Shown: positions 1 to 9,181, counted from the first letter of the stretch. The stretch: DNA of 64,000 bases from Minisyncoccota bacterium (GCA_041389045.1 JAWKSQ010000001.1:11063-75062); one strand, 5' to 3'. Numbers and translations: made by a program. Notes: generated by a model not told the origin, from the sequence alone.

Positions 1-271
1 TATCACCATGCGCCTAATCTTCATGCCCTTTGACGTAGTGAACTACGGTGCTGGCCTACTTAGAGTCCGTTTTTTACCTTACCTTACAGCTACCTTCGTT
101 GGTACCCTACTCGGCATCGCCACTTTTGTCGCCATTGGTGCTTCACTCAGTGTCGAAGAGTTTATAAAAAACGGCATCACCACCGAAGCCATCGACAGCA
201 AGTTCCTTCTCCTGTCTCTAGCCATCTTTATCACTTCAATCATCATTTCTAAATTCCTCAAGAAAAATTAG
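1..271 (+). CDS. TVP38/TMEM64 (DedA-related) family membrane protein, C-terminal fragment; the 5' end lies outside the window
   Basis: The ORF is open to the window edge. The hydrophobic tail VVNYGAGLLRVRFLPYLTATFVGTLLGIATFVAIG resembles this family from memory. Confidence 0.55.
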   Translation, partial: ITMRLIFMPFDVVNYGAGLLRVRFLPYLTATFVGTLLGIATFVAIGASLSVEEFIKNGITTEAIDSKFLLLSLAIFITSIIISKFLKKN

Positions 272-570
272 ACGAGCCTAATGGTAAACTTTATTTTTTC
301 TCCAGCTTCAATATCTTCTTTTTTTCTTACTTGGGACTTAAGCGGAAGTAGGTAACTACCAGAATAACTGTCTGGGAATACTGAAGTCAGCCAAGTGGTC
401 TTACCGACAGTTACTTCCACCTTAAGTGAACCAAAACCACGCGCAGCTTTTCCGTACTTTTCTTTTATCTCTTGTCCAACTTTTTTAGTAATCGGTACAA
501 AGTGCCAATTGGCAGTTTCGCCGGGGTAAAGAAATACTTTTTCCGTCATGGTGTATGTAGCCTTTTTCAT
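268..570 (-). CDS. DUF1905 domain protein (alternative start at 549)
   Basis: The sequence MTEKVFLYPGETANWHFVPI...FGSLKVEVTVGKTTWLTSVFP...YLLPLKSQVRKK matches the DUF1905 pattern. The upstream part of the 173-aa track ORF looks non-coding. Confidence 0.6.
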   Translation of the reverse strand: MKKATYTMTEKVFLYPGETANWHFVPITKKVGQEIKEKYGKAARGFGSLKVEVTVGKTTWLTSVFPDSYSGSYLLPLKSQVRKKEDIEAGEKIKFTIRLV

Positions 571-607
571 ATTATTTCTAGTATACAACTTTGTTATAAT
601 GGATGTA

Positions 608-1093
608 ATGCCTAAGAAAATAATTCTAAAAACTGGAGAAACCAAAGCTAGTGCTGAAACTTTTATTAAAAACCTTCCCGACGAAACACTGCGCAAAGAC
701 TGTTTAAGTTTACTAAAATTATTTAAGGAAGTGACTGGAGTAAAGCCAAAAATGTGGGGCGAGACGATGGTTGGCTTTGGTGAATACACTTATCACCGTA
801 ATAACGGTGATGTCGGCACCTATCTCGCCACCGGCTTTTCTCCACGTAAAAATGGTCCAACCATTTACATCATGCCTGGCTACCAAAACTATAGTGCTCT
901 ACTAAAGAACCTGGGTCCGCACAAACTCGGCAAGTCCTGCCTCTATCTAAAAAGTTTAGATGGGGTTGACCTCAATATCATCAAAAAATTAGTCACCCTC
1001 GGCCTCAAAGACTTAGCCAAAACCCACCAAGTAACCATGAAGTATATGCGTTGCCTTCAAACGTACTCTCCGGCTGAAGCCGGAGGTTTTTAG
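608..1093 (+). CDS. DUF1801 (YdhG-like) domain protein; the last ~14 codons and the stop come from an IS200-like hairpin repeat
   Basis: The sequence MPKKIILKTGETKASAETFIKNLPDETLRKDCLSLLKLFKEVTG...GFGEYTY...PTIYIMPGY matches the DUF1801 pattern. The start was chosen at the MPKK ATG. Confidence 0.6.
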   Translation: MPKKIILKTGETKASAETFIKNLPDETLRKDCLSLLKLFKEVTGVKPKMWGETMVGFGEYTYHRNNGDVGTYLATGFSPRKNGPTIYIMPGYQNYSALLKNLGPHKLGKSCLYLKSLDGVDLNIIKKLVTLGLKDLAKTHQVTMKYMRCLQTYSPAEAGGF

Positions 1094-1105
1094 GGATAAA
1101 AACCC
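1045..1105. repeat. Solo copy of the IS200/IS605 end region (hairpin ctccggctgaagccggag)
   Basis: About 60 nt is near-identical to 43403..43468, which abuts the tnpA relic. It contains a perfect short hairpin. Confidence 0.6.
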
Positions 1106-1140
1106 GTGTCGTGATACGACACAAACACAGGAGATACTCC

Positions 1141-1464
1141 ATGAAAAAACTGTTCTGGACATATCTGGGATGGATGACCTTCCCGGGATTTATGTACTTC
1201 ATGCGAAACCAAGCATTGGACAAACCAATCAAGCCGGCGCAAAATCGCCAGGAGGTTTGGATAGGACTCACGATTACGATAATCGCCTTGATTGTCTATG
1301 GCACTGTCGCCATTTACTTCGATAATCCTGTATTTCGCAGAACTACCCAGGGAATCTTCTCACCAGCTTCAATGATTATCTGGGTATTGAACTTTTTCTT
1401 TGCAATACTGAGCGTGATCGGGCTCATCGTGGGCAAATGGCCAACACCAAACAAGCAACCCTAA
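1141..1464 (+). CDS. Hypothetical membrane protein
   Basis: A caggag RBS lies 7 nt upstream of the ATG. There are two or three hydrophobic segments. The region appears more GC-rich than its flanks. Confidence 0.5.
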   Translation: MKKLFWTYLGWMTFPGFMYFMRNQALDKPIKPAQNRQEVWIGLTITIIALIVYGTVAIYFDNPVFRRTTQGIFSPASMIIWVLNFFFAILSVIGLIVGKWPTPNKQP

Positions 1465-1528
1465 AGGAGACCATTATGAATGTTGTCCAGACGCATCCAT
1501 AAGACGAGGCGGGAAAGTTTCATCTGTC

Positions 1529-1945
1529 ATGACTGCCCTCCTGATTGGTGGGCTGACGCTCGCCTGTTGCCTACTCGTTGGCTATGCTACCGAGATCTAC
1601 AGCCACGGACTGAGCGAGATCTTTCCCGCCCTCAAGATGGTGTTGAAGCAATTTGGCATCATCACAGGCGTAGTCGGCGCAGCAGTTGTGATGGTGTTCA
1701 AGGCACCGACCGAGACCGAAAGGATAGTCTCTTCCCTGGTAGTTTTTTGCTTCGGTACCTTCCTGGTGCCGTCTGCCGCCTACGTCGGCTGGTTCATTGC
1801 CCGAACCTGGAGCTACTTCGTCGGGTGCGAACCACCTACGGAGCCAAGTCCCGGATGCGCAAGCATCCGGGACTTTTTACGTCAAATTTTTAATCTTTTG
1901 TACTTAATATCCAAACCCAAAACTTCCAATCGATTGGAAGTGTGA
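1529..1945 (+). CDS. Hypothetical membrane protein
   Basis: The frame is hydrophobic and TM-like, whereas the overlapping 1480..1893 frame is R-rich junk. The ORF reads through a terminator hairpin. Confidence 0.45.
   Translation: MTALLIGGLTLACCLLVGYATEIYSHGLSEIFPALKMVLKQFGIITGVVGAAVVMVFKAPTETERIVSSLVVFCFGTFLVPSAAYVGWFIARTWSYFVGCEPPTEPSPGCASIRDFLRQIFNLLYLISKPKTSNRLEV
1848..1878 (+). terminator. Intrinsic terminator hairpin
   Basis: Stem gtcccggatgc / gcatccgggac followed by ttttt. Confidence 0.55.
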
Positions 1946-2117
1946 CAGTCTTAGTTCGGGAAGGTTTTTGACTTAGAGTTTGGGTTGAACTATTTCTTCA
2001 ACTTCGCTAGAATCTAGCACTTCATCAATGTGGATCTGCGAAACAAAGTCTGGTACGTGAGAAACGAGAATCATGGCACCCTTGTAGTCATGTAGAGCTT
2101 TGGCGACATGGTAATGA
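1923..2117 (-). pseudogene. Relic copy of the ABC-F ATPase 3' end plus its downstream region
   Basis: It aligns by eye with 3179..3372 at roughly 85-90% identity. It still reads ...VAKALHDYKGAMILVSHVPDFVSQIHIDEVLD, compared with the intact gene's ...AKALHDYKGAMILVSHVPDFVEQIHIDEVLD. Confidence 0.8.
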
Positions 2118-2158
2118 GCGACCAAATATTAATTTTATCCAGGAGGCAATATGATAAG

Positions 2159-2971
2159 CTAGATTCCTAAATCAGATAGGTCACCTCCTTTTTCAACGTC
2201 TCTAAAAGAATTGGGTTGTATTGCCCTAGGAGCCCTCTTTAGGGTGAAATACTTATTTTCTTCGGGAGTATGTAATCCTTCATTAGTATCAATTTTATCA
2301 GGGTCTTTTTTAGTGTACTCAAACTTTCTTTTATACGCACCACGTACCAGTGCAAATTTTATATTTTCTGCATCAAAAGCCGAATCAAACGCACCCTCAC
2401 TGTTAAGACCTCTATCACGGTGTTCTTGGAACACAAATTCTCGTATATCGATAGCTATTACCCGTTCAAAGAATCTTTCAATTTCCTCACGATTATCTCT
2501 CTCCAACAACTCTAATCCTACATGTTCAATTTCTTCTTTAGGGAAACGGGTAAGTAATTCAATAAAGCCAGCACCGAGACTCTGTTCACTACTAATAAGA
2601 TTGTAGAAAACTTCCCTTAATAGAGAAATTCTTTCTGTTTGACTTAGTTGCTCAAGTCCAAATCGGATAAAATAATAGTAATTCTTCATTTCCGCAGATA
2701 CTGGGTCACCATCTTCTATATCATCTAACTCGTAAATAAATTCAGCGCTAGCTAGTTTTGTGAACTGAGAGACTAAGACTGATCTATCAACTTCTTTTGT
2801 GCCGTAACTAATCGCACTCGTAATAGATGGAAAATCAAGGTCTTCCCTTTTAATATTTATTTCTTCTTCACGTTTTTTTATTCTTTCTTGATTTTCTACC
2901 TGCCTAGCAGCTGCCTGTTCATCTGTCTCTCCCTTATGTATTCTCCTCACAATCCTTTCATTTGGTGGCAT
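2159..2971 (-). CDS. Hypothetical protein (270 aa, acidic, no recognised domain) carried on the insertion between the ABC-F 3' repeats
   Basis: This is a long clean ORF. The antisense ORF 2211..2606 is low-complexity shadow. Confidence 0.6.
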   Translation of the reverse strand: MPPNERIVRRIHKGETDEQAAARQVENQERIKKREEEINIKREDLDFPSITSAISYGTKEVDRSVLVSQFTKLASAEFIYELDDIEDGDPVSAEMKNYYYFIRFGLEQLSQTERISLLREVFYNLISSEQSLGAGFIELLTRFPKEEIEHVGLELLERDNREEIERFFERVIAIDIREFVFQEHRDRGLNSEGAFDSAFDAENIKFALVRGAYKRKFEYTKKDPDKIDTNEGLHTPEENKYFTLKRAPRAIQPNSFRDVEKGGDLSDLGI

Positions 2972-3052
2972 ATAAAACTTATATTAGCTTTTATACCACT
3001 AAGTATCTCTCTCTCTTTGATTTTGCAAGTATATTAAATATGCCTGTTTTAA

Positions 3053-3084
3053 TTTACTCGTTTACTCGTTTACTCATTTACTCC
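3053..3084. repeat. Tandem 8-nt repeat, tttactcg x4 (last two copies degenerate)
   Basis: Read directly as tttactcg tttactcg tttactca tttactcc. It lies upstream of the 270-aa ORF. Confidence 0.9.
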
Positions 3085-3178
3085 ATCTAATCTAAACAAA
3101 ATCTTAGTTAACTGATGGGTCATGTTAATACCCCAATCGGTTGGGGTACTGAAAAGTTAACTGACTGAATCACAAAGC

Positions 3179-3372
3179 CTTCCAATCGATTGGAAGTGTG
3201 GCAGTCTTAGTTCGGGAAGGTTTTTGACTTAGAGTTTGGGTTGAACTATTTCTTCAACTTCGCTAAATCCAGTACTTCATCAATATGGATTTGTTCCACG
3301 AAGTCTGGAACGTGAGAAACGAGAATCATGGCGCCTTTGTAGTCGTGAAGGGCCTTGGCAATAACAGGAATG
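3179..3372. repeat. Second copy of the ~195-bp direct repeat (the functional 3' end of ABC-F)
   Basis: It pairs with 1923..2117. Both copies begin with the palindrome cttccaatcgattggaag. Confidence 0.8.
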
Positions 3373-4727
3373 TGGCGGAAGTTGATATGGTTGGTTGGTT
3401 CGTCGAGAATGAGTAGTCCCGGCTTTTCCATGGTGAGTTTGGCAAAGGCCACCAAGCCTTTTTGCCCCTCAGAGAGATTACCAACTTTAGTTTTCATCAC
3501 ATCACCAAAGAGTAGGAAACCAGCGGCAATCGAACGCATTTCTTCTTCAACTTTTCGTCCCATTGAATCCATCAGAGTTTCAAACACGGTTTTATCAAAA
3601 GCTAGGTTAGAAAAGTCTTGCCGATAGTAACCAATCTTTACTCCCTCCGTTACATGCTCTCCCTTGGCATGACCTGAAGCTAACTTCTCGAGCAAGGTCG
3701 TCTTTCCAATACCGTTTGGACCAACTATCTGCAGGTGCATACCACGCTTGAGAACCACCTCTGTTTCAACTTCTTTTGGTTCATGATTTTTTATAACAGT
3801 AACTGAAGAAAGTCTGACGACTTCAAGGGGAATGTCGGCGTGTGGTTCGATAGTGAATGGGCGAATAGTTTTATCCTCACGTCTAACATCCACTTTATTC
3901 TCTTCCGCTTCTTCTATTTCGTCACGCATCCGCTTGGCTACTAAACGCATTTTACCTCCCTTACTAGCAAAGTAGTTCACTTTGTCTTTATTGGCTTGAA
4001 TTTCTTTCGCGAGTCGCGCGTTTTCACGTTGCTCCTTTTCTACTTGAGCGGCAATATCTTTAACCACTGCGTGATAGTTACCATTGTACTGTTCGACTTG
4101 TCGGTTTTGGGTATTTAAATAAAGTACCCCGTGTGTGAAAGCATTAAGGAAATCAGCATCATGAGAAATCACTAAAACGGTTTTTTTGTATTCCTTAAGA
4201 AAGATAGTTAAGTGCTCGATACCAGCCACGTCGAGATTGTTGGTTGGTTCGTCTAAGAGTAGGACGTCAGGATTTTGGATGAGGGCTTGGGCTAAAAGTA
4301 ACCGAGCTTGTTGTCCACCCGAGAAACTACCAATGATTCTGTCTTTGAAAGTTTCTTTTTGCTTATCAGTTGGAGTGAGATTTACAATCTCGAGAGCTGA
4401 ATCAATCCGTGGATCAATGTCGTACATTTTCTCTGCAAAACATTTCGCAAAAAATTCTCGGACAGTTAGCCCCATTTCATTGCGAGGAATAATCTGCCGA
4501 GCAATAGCGATAGTGGTTTTGGGTTCGATATTTATATCTCCTTCATCAGGTTGACGGTCTCTAGTAATGAGAGAAAAAATAGTACTTTTACCAGCCCCAT
4601 TTTGACCCATAAGGGTTAGCTTGGCACCACGACGCACGACAAAATTTGCCTCCTTAAGAATAGGCCTGGTCGCATCATACTCGTACGACACATCTTTAAA
4701 AACTATAATTCCGTCGCCTCGTGACAT
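3246..4727 (-). CDS. ABC-F family ATPase (two ABC domains, EttA/Uup-like)
   Basis: Two Walker A motifs (GQNGAGKST, GPNGIGKTT), two LSGG signatures (FSGGQQ, LSEGQK) and a linker with coiled-coil character. Confidence 0.92.
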   Translation of the reverse strand: MSRGDGIIVFKDVSYEYDATRPILKEANFVVRRGAKLTLMGQNGAGKSTIFSLITRDRQPDEGDINIEPKTTIAIARQIIPRNEMGLTVREFFAKCFAEKMYDIDPRIDSALEIVNLTPTDKQKETFKDRIIGSFSGGQQARLLLAQALIQNPDVLLLDEPTNNLDVAGIEHLTIFLKEYKKTVLVISHDADFLNAFTHGVLYLNTQNRQVEQYNGNYHAVVKDIAAQVEKEQRENARLAKEIQANKDKVNYFASKGGKMRLVAKRMRDEIEEAEENKVDVRREDKTIRPFTIEPHADIPLEVVRLSSVTVIKNHEPKEVETEVVLKRGMHLQIVGPNGIGKTTLLEKLASGHAKGEHVTEGVKIGYYRQDFSNLAFDKTVFETLMDSMGRKVEEEMRSIAAGFLLFGDVMKTKVGNLSEGQKGLVAFAKLTMEKPGLLILDEPTNHINFRHIPVIAKALHDYKGAMILVSHVPDFVEQIHIDEVLDLAKLKK

Positions 4728-4768
4728 AGGAGAGTACCATACACTATTTTTGCCTTAGATGTAAGAGG

Positions 4769-5086
4769 TTATAAAGATTTGTCTTTATCTTCTTTATAAA
4801 TTCCCCACTGCCACCGTGGTTTTTCACCCTTCTTAATACAGATCAAAATTAAAATAAAAATTAAGACTAGCGTTTGCGGAATAAAGTCATTTAAAGTTTC
4901 ATCAATTGACGACGAGAGCGCTTCTAGTCGATAAAAATTAGCTACTGCCAATATTAAGAAAACCAAAACGACTACCCATCCTTGCCATCTAGCTGGAGTC
5001 CAACCGTAACCATAAAGCTTGCGCTTAAACCAATACCCGTCGGGATTATCCTTTAAATATTCAACGTGCTTTTGCCAGATATTCAT
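4769..5086 (-). CDS. Hypothetical small membrane protein
   Basis: Two TM segments. The start was taken at MNIWQKH. Confidence 0.45.
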   Translation of the reverse strand: MNIWQKHVEYLKDNPDGYWFKRKLYGYGWTPARWQGWVVVLVFLILAVANFYRLEALSSSIDETLNDFIPQTLVLIFILILICIKKGEKPRWQWGIYKEDKDKSL

Positions 5087-5120
5087 ATACTTGAAGTCTA
5101 CGCCTAATATGGTGAGTTGC

Positions 5121-5163
5121 AAGATAAAAGTGGCGGACCCGAAGGGTCCGCCACTTTTATCTT
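5121..5163. terminator. Bidirectional terminator hairpin (19-bp stem)
   Basis: Stem aagataaaagtggcggacc / ggtccgccacttttatctt. Confidence 0.8.
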
Positions 5164-5286
5164 CTACTTTAATTCGCCTTTATCTTTCTTTGGCTTCTTC
5201 TTTTCTTTGCGCATGCCAGTTCCCTTTGCCATACGATATTATACTTATACTTTTAAAATCTTCTTCTATTATAGCAACAAATTTTT

Positions 5287-5871
5287 CTACGGTGCAAACC
5301 GGATTGGGATTTCGAGGGCGTCATCATGTTCTGGAAGTCCTGACGGATTATCCTTCTTGAGAATGAGCGTGCCGTTTTTCATAAAATCTGGATCACCGGC
5401 ATTGTATGGATTTGTGAAAGCAAGTTCAGCCGTAAAAGGCACAAACTCTTCAGTCATCCAGTCTCCCTCAGCAGTAGCAAAGCCTTCCGCAATAATCAGC
5501 CCATCCCAGTTAGTAAGCATGATTGGAAAACTAGCTTCAAAAAACCAATACCCTCGAGCCACACCACTTAAAGTTAATGGGCTTTCAATAATTCCATTCG
5601 GAACCGGTGTAGTCAGGGATATTAAATCTGCCTTACTATCTATATGAGCTTCTATATCAGCTGGGACACTAGGCAAATCTGGACAAACAAATTCACAGTT
5701 AGGTCCAGTGCGACCCACATAACTACCATCAGGACACATCATAGCGTCCATGGTACAAGCCACTACTTCTTCGTCATTATCTTGATTCTGCGTCTTACTG
5801 TTAGTTAACACACTTGCTAAGCCAGCTACCAATGCTATTGCTACAAATACATAAATTGCTTTTATCATCAC
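5287..5871 (-). CDS. Secreted Gmad2 immunoglobulin-like domain protein
   Basis: An N-terminal signal/TM segment is followed by ...SGVARGYWFFEASFPIMLTNWDGLIIAEGFATAEGDWMTEEFVPFTAELAF, the characteristic Gmad2 pattern. Confidence 0.7.
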   Translation of the reverse strand: MMIKAIYVFVAIALVAGLASVLTNSKTQNQDNDEEVVACTMDAMMCPDGSYVGRTGPNCEFVCPDLPSVPADIEAHIDSKADLISLTTPVPNGIIESPLTLSGVARGYWFFEASFPIMLTNWDGLIIAEGFATAEGDWMTEEFVPFTAELAFTNPYNAGDPDFMKNGTLILKKDNPSGLPEHDDALEIPIRFAP

Positions 5872-5889
5872 CTAATTATATAGCGATAT

Positions 5890-5930
5890 AAACAAAACCG
5901 CGACCCACGTAGTGGGTCGCGGTTTTGTTT
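5890..5930. terminator. Bidirectional terminator hairpin
   Basis: Stem aaacaaaaccgcgacccac / gtgggtcgcggttttgttt. Confidence 0.8.
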
Positions 5931-5945
5931 CACCATCTTTGCTAG

Positions 5946-7007
5946 CTACCCCAATTCTTTCACTTTCTTTAGTGCCACTACGTACATACTTTCGGCCCAA
6001 CCAAGAGGAGTATTGTCGTTTGGTTTGTCGGTATGTGAGAAATAAAGCTCAGGCACCAAACCATCAGCTGTCACGGACGCTTTAGCTCGCCTCAAGTAAT
6101 AATAAGCCTTTTCTTTTTCCCCACGCTCAGCGTAGATAATCGCGAGCCAAGCTAGACCAAAGCACCACTCGGCTTCTTCACTAAAACCATCTTCATTGTT
6201 GTTATAGTAACGGTCGAGCTTGTAGCGAATGACTCCTTTATCACGGGTCAAGTGATATTCAACATTACTAAGAATCTTCAAAGTTTCCTCCTCGGTTGTA
6301 ACCGCAAACGGATAAATCAGAGTTAAAAGCGCTAGATCAGCAAACTTAGAATGAGACTCCCGCGGTAACATTTTGCGTAGCGCTTGCTCTCCAAGCGCAA
6401 TCGCATCGTCCGATACCGACAGCCAAGACAAAAGCTTTGCTTTCTTAAGGGCCGCGACACAAGAACCAATGGAAGAAGCGTGTACTTCCATCGCTTCTTC
6501 CCAAATACCATTGTCTGGGTCATGCCAGTATTCAAGCGTCACCAGATAATCAATAATCTTTTGCACCATCGCTTTTTCCTCATCAGTTTCAATCACACTG
6601 TCACCACGGATTTCTAGTTCCACTAGAAGATTGAGTACTTCCCCCACAGCGTCATTCTGGCTATTACCCCACTCCTCCCAATATTCTTCAAAAGTCTCCG
6701 GATGAAAACGCGCATGGATATACTGCCAGGTAGCGTGTGGCTTATTCTCGATCGCCCAATTGATTTTTGCTTGGTGTTTTACAAATACCGTAAGGAGTGC
6801 CTTGGCGGCTTTCTTCACTGTCTCCATTTCTCCAGTCTCGAGAAAACCTAAGGTCATGAAGTAGATGTCGCGAAGCCAGGCTTTATCGTAACCAGTATTT
6901 ACATCATGCGCCGAAGCGGTAAAAACGCCCGATGGTTTTTGGAGGGAACGAACTACTGCCAAGTGTGCTTTTATCTCTGCATCGAAATCAAAATTAGACA
7001 TAATCAA
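5946..7007 (-). CDS. Glycoside hydrolase family 15 (glucoamylase-like) protein
   Basis: The (alpha/alpha)6-type sequence includes YDKAWLRDIYF, NSQNDAVG, GIWEE, HASSIG and PLGWAESMY, recalled as GH15-like. Confidence 0.7.
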   Translation of the reverse strand: MIMSNFDFDAEIKAHLAVVRSLQKPSGVFTASAHDVNTGYDKAWLRDIYFMTLGFLETGEMETVKKAAKALLTVFVKHQAKINWAIENKPHATWQYIHARFHPETFEEYWEEWGNSQNDAVGEVLNLLVELEIRGDSVIETDEEKAMVQKIIDYLVTLEYWHDPDNGIWEEAMEVHASSIGSCVAALKKAKLLSWLSVSDDAIALGEQALRKMLPRESHSKFADLALLTLIYPFAVTTEEETLKILSNVEYHLTRDKGVIRYKLDRYYNNNEDGFSEEAEWCFGLAWLAIIYAERGEKEKAYYYLRRAKASVTADGLVPELYFSHTDKPNDNTPLGWAESMYVVALKKVKELG

Positions 7008-7024
7008 AGAACAATTATTAAAAC

Positions 7025-7462
7025 TTACTTACTGATTTGTTTCCAAGTTGCTACCCCATGCTCGGCAATGTTTGAAAGGGGTGGAAGCTGAACTTCTACT
7101 CTAGCTGCCGCAGTCGGGTAATAACTACGGAGCTCAGCATAAAGAGCAACAGTTTTCTCATAAGCCATAAAGAGAGCGAAAAGTTTGGCAATAGCTTGTT
7201 CGGCCCGATAGTTATCTTGGTCTTTTATTTCATCAGCCAGAGCTTCAACCGCTTCTCGATTCTGTTGCGCGAACGCCACCATACAGTCTTCAGCACTAGT
7301 CAGAGAATACTTCTTGCCATGAGACTCAAAACTCATTTTCAGTTCAGTCGGAAAACGTTCAGCTAAAGTATCGAGGACAATATCAAGAGCTTCTTGTCGC
7401 TGTCTTTCTACTAGCGACATTTCCATTTTTGGTTCTTTTTCTTTTTTAAAATTTTTTTCCAT
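7025..7462 (-). CDS. Hypothetical protein
   Basis: Clean 145-aa ORF with helical composition. Confidence 0.5.
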   Translation of the reverse strand: MEKNFKKEKEPKMEMSLVERQRQEALDIVLDTLAERFPTELKMSFESHGKKYSLTSAEDCMVAFAQQNREAVEALADEIKDQDNYRAEQAIAKLFALFMAYEKTVALYAELRSYYPTAAARVEVQLPPLSNIAEHGVATWKQISK

Positions 7463-7601
7463 TTCGTATTACCCCTAAGTGATATGGATTTATTGTATCA
7501 CGGCCCACTTTGCATAATTTATTTATTTTTGACTTTAAGCTGTATTTGTGTTATTGTTTAAATAGACAAATTCGTTCAACCATACAAACGCGGAGCGTCC
7601 T

Positions 7602-7982
7602 ATGAAACAAAAGACCCACCCTGTGACGGGATTCGAAAAATCCTGTTATGCTTTTCTGGCAGTGACAGTTGTGATCGGCCTAGGCCTATTGCTCGATCAA
7701 ATACTTGATGGAGGGGCGAAATGGTTATTGATCTTCATTCTTTTACTGGCAGGCATTAGCTTTATAGCCTACCTCCTCGGTTTAGAAGCTGGTATCATGG
7801 TCAATCAGAAAGAAAGGGTTCTGCTACATCCTTTGGTGATACTGGAATCCGCTATGGGACCTACACACTCGAAAACTTTTCCTAGTGAAGTGGTTGATGT
7901 GACAGCCAGAACGGTGAACCCGCGCACGTCAATGCGAATTACGAATGTAGTTCCACCTTCACTTCCCTACAAACGACCCTAG
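7602..7982 (+). CDS. Hypothetical membrane protein (orphan islet)
   Basis: A TTGACT-17-TATTGT promoter-like sequence lies upstream. There are two TM segments and a perfect terminator downstream. Confidence 0.5.
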   Translation: MKQKTHPVTGFEKSCYAFLAVTVVIGLGLLLDQILDGGAKWLLIFILLLAGISFIAYLLGLEAGIMVNQKERVLLHPLVILESAMGPTHSKTFPSEVVDVTARTVNPRTSMRITNVVPPSLPYKRP

Positions 7983-7997
7983 GTCATTTTTCCAATC

Positions 7998-8040
7998 AAA
8001 CGGCGCTTAAGAATAATTAAATTATTCTTAAGCGCCGTTT
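7998..8040. terminator. Terminator hairpin
   Basis: Stem aaacggcgcttaagaataatt / aattattcttaagcgccgttt. Confidence 0.8.
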
Positions 8041-8139
8041 TCATATTAATAAATTCGATTTTTGACATTTACCCTTATAAAGTGCAATATTCGTAAGGAA
8101 CAGAAACTCAACAACCCCCGTAACGGGAAGGAGACAGAA

Positions 8140-8765
8140 ATGCAAAGATTCTGAGCACCGTAAAGGGCTATTCCACCATTGGATTCATCTTCGCCATCAT
8201 TGCTCTTGGTATGGTGGTCACAGAACTTATTCTTAATGGACCACTGAAAGCCAGCCCTTCATTACTTGAATCAACTCTCATAATGGGCCCCCTAGCATTC
8301 AGCCTTGTATTGGTCATGGTGATGGCGATACTTCGTTGGCAATTCATTCCTCAAGCGACTGCTGGCATGCGCCAGTTCTCAGACCTTTACATCGAAACTC
8401 TTCATCACTCGATAACGAAAGAAGCTGACGTAGAGACGATGCGGCGTATCTTGCAACCGCTTTATGTATGGTGTTTGGAAAACCCAGACCTCCAAAAAGA
8501 CTTGCTGGAGCAACTGGAACCAGTTCCAGCCAGATGCTTTCAGCTTTTCTGTTACGAGAAGAGAAAAGAAATCTTTCGGAACGCTGAAGATCAGGCGAAT
8601 CAAATCAAGTCAGACATGCTTTGTGTCCGGCGAGCGAACTTGTACCTGGCAGGTAAACGCAGACAAGACGAAGTGACTAGTCTGATTGACATCCTAGATG
8701 CACAGGCAAAATCAGCAGAAAATGAGGTTCCAAGTAACCTTTTTGACAAACCTGAACAAGAATGA
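8140..8765 (+). pseudogene. Hypothetical membrane protein with a 1-nt frameshift at codon 3
   Basis: The RBS aaggag precedes the ATG at 8140, but the frame hits a stop after 4 codons. The 8211..8765 ORF stays open upstream to 8124 with no canonical start. Adding one A to caaag restores MQKILSTVKGYSTIGFIF.... Confidence 0.55.
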
Positions 8766-8890
8766 AGTTGATTGGGTCTATACCAGACCCAACAATCACG
8801 GCCACATCGCAAGATGTGGCCGTCTTTCTTTATTAAAAAACGCCGCGGGCTGAGTAGCTGCGGCGTTTCTCACAATATCCTTCCTTTGGA

Positions 8891-9181
8891 CTAGTGAACA
8901 GTGAACGAGTCAACAAGTTCAACTTCAATTGCCGGGAACTTGTCTCGAGTCAGTTTCACTAGTTGCGCTTCCAACTCCCTCTCTGAGTTGAGAAGTTTGA
9001 ACTTGGTGCATAGTGAACCACCTTCTTTTCTACACACCTTCACTTCAATAACCACCTGACTTGTGATCAAGTTGACGATTCTGGCACAGCGACGATCGTG
9101 GCAAAAGAAAACGCCGTGATTACGAGCGTCAGAAATATTTGCCGCAACCTCTTCCAGGTTACCTTGAAATTTCTTTACCAG
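8891..9181 (-). CDS. Hypothetical 96-aa ORF with no ATG/GTG/TTG start; possible CTG start
   Basis: The open frame reads LVKKFQGNLEEVAANISDARNHGVFFCHDRRCARIVNLITSQVVIEVKVCRKEGGSL.... A GAGGAGG lies 7 nt upstream of CTG. The ORF is absent from the track because it lacks a canonical start. Confidence 0.35.
   Translation of the reverse strand: MVKKFQGNLEEVAANISDARNHGVFFCHDRRCARIVNLITSQVVIEVKVCRKEGGSLCTKFKLLNSERELEAQLVKLTRDKFPAIEVELVDSFTVH

Noticed and set aside
2159-2971. Tested whether the 270-aa orphan ORF, or any other ORF in the window, could be the missing DGR reverse transcriptase.
   Set aside because: No RT motifs were found in any frame I read. I looked for the YxDD box, LPxGxxxS, and the IGNxxSQ-type motif of DGR RTs.
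3355-4554. Antisense or overlapping track ORFs inside long genes, for example 3355..3627, 4186..4554, 18654..18992, 26682..26942, 33660..33926, 34539..34898 and 35809..36195.
   Set aside because: They show low-complexity, S/R/L-rich shadow-frame composition opposite well-supported genes. None has an RBS or a recognisable motif.
5164-5232. A 22-aa basic micro-ORF (MAKGTGMRKEKKKPKKDKGELK) on the minus strand, with a TATAAT 5 nt upstream (possibly leaderless).
   Set aside because: It is too short to support from sequence alone and has no recognisable family. It is kept only as a note.
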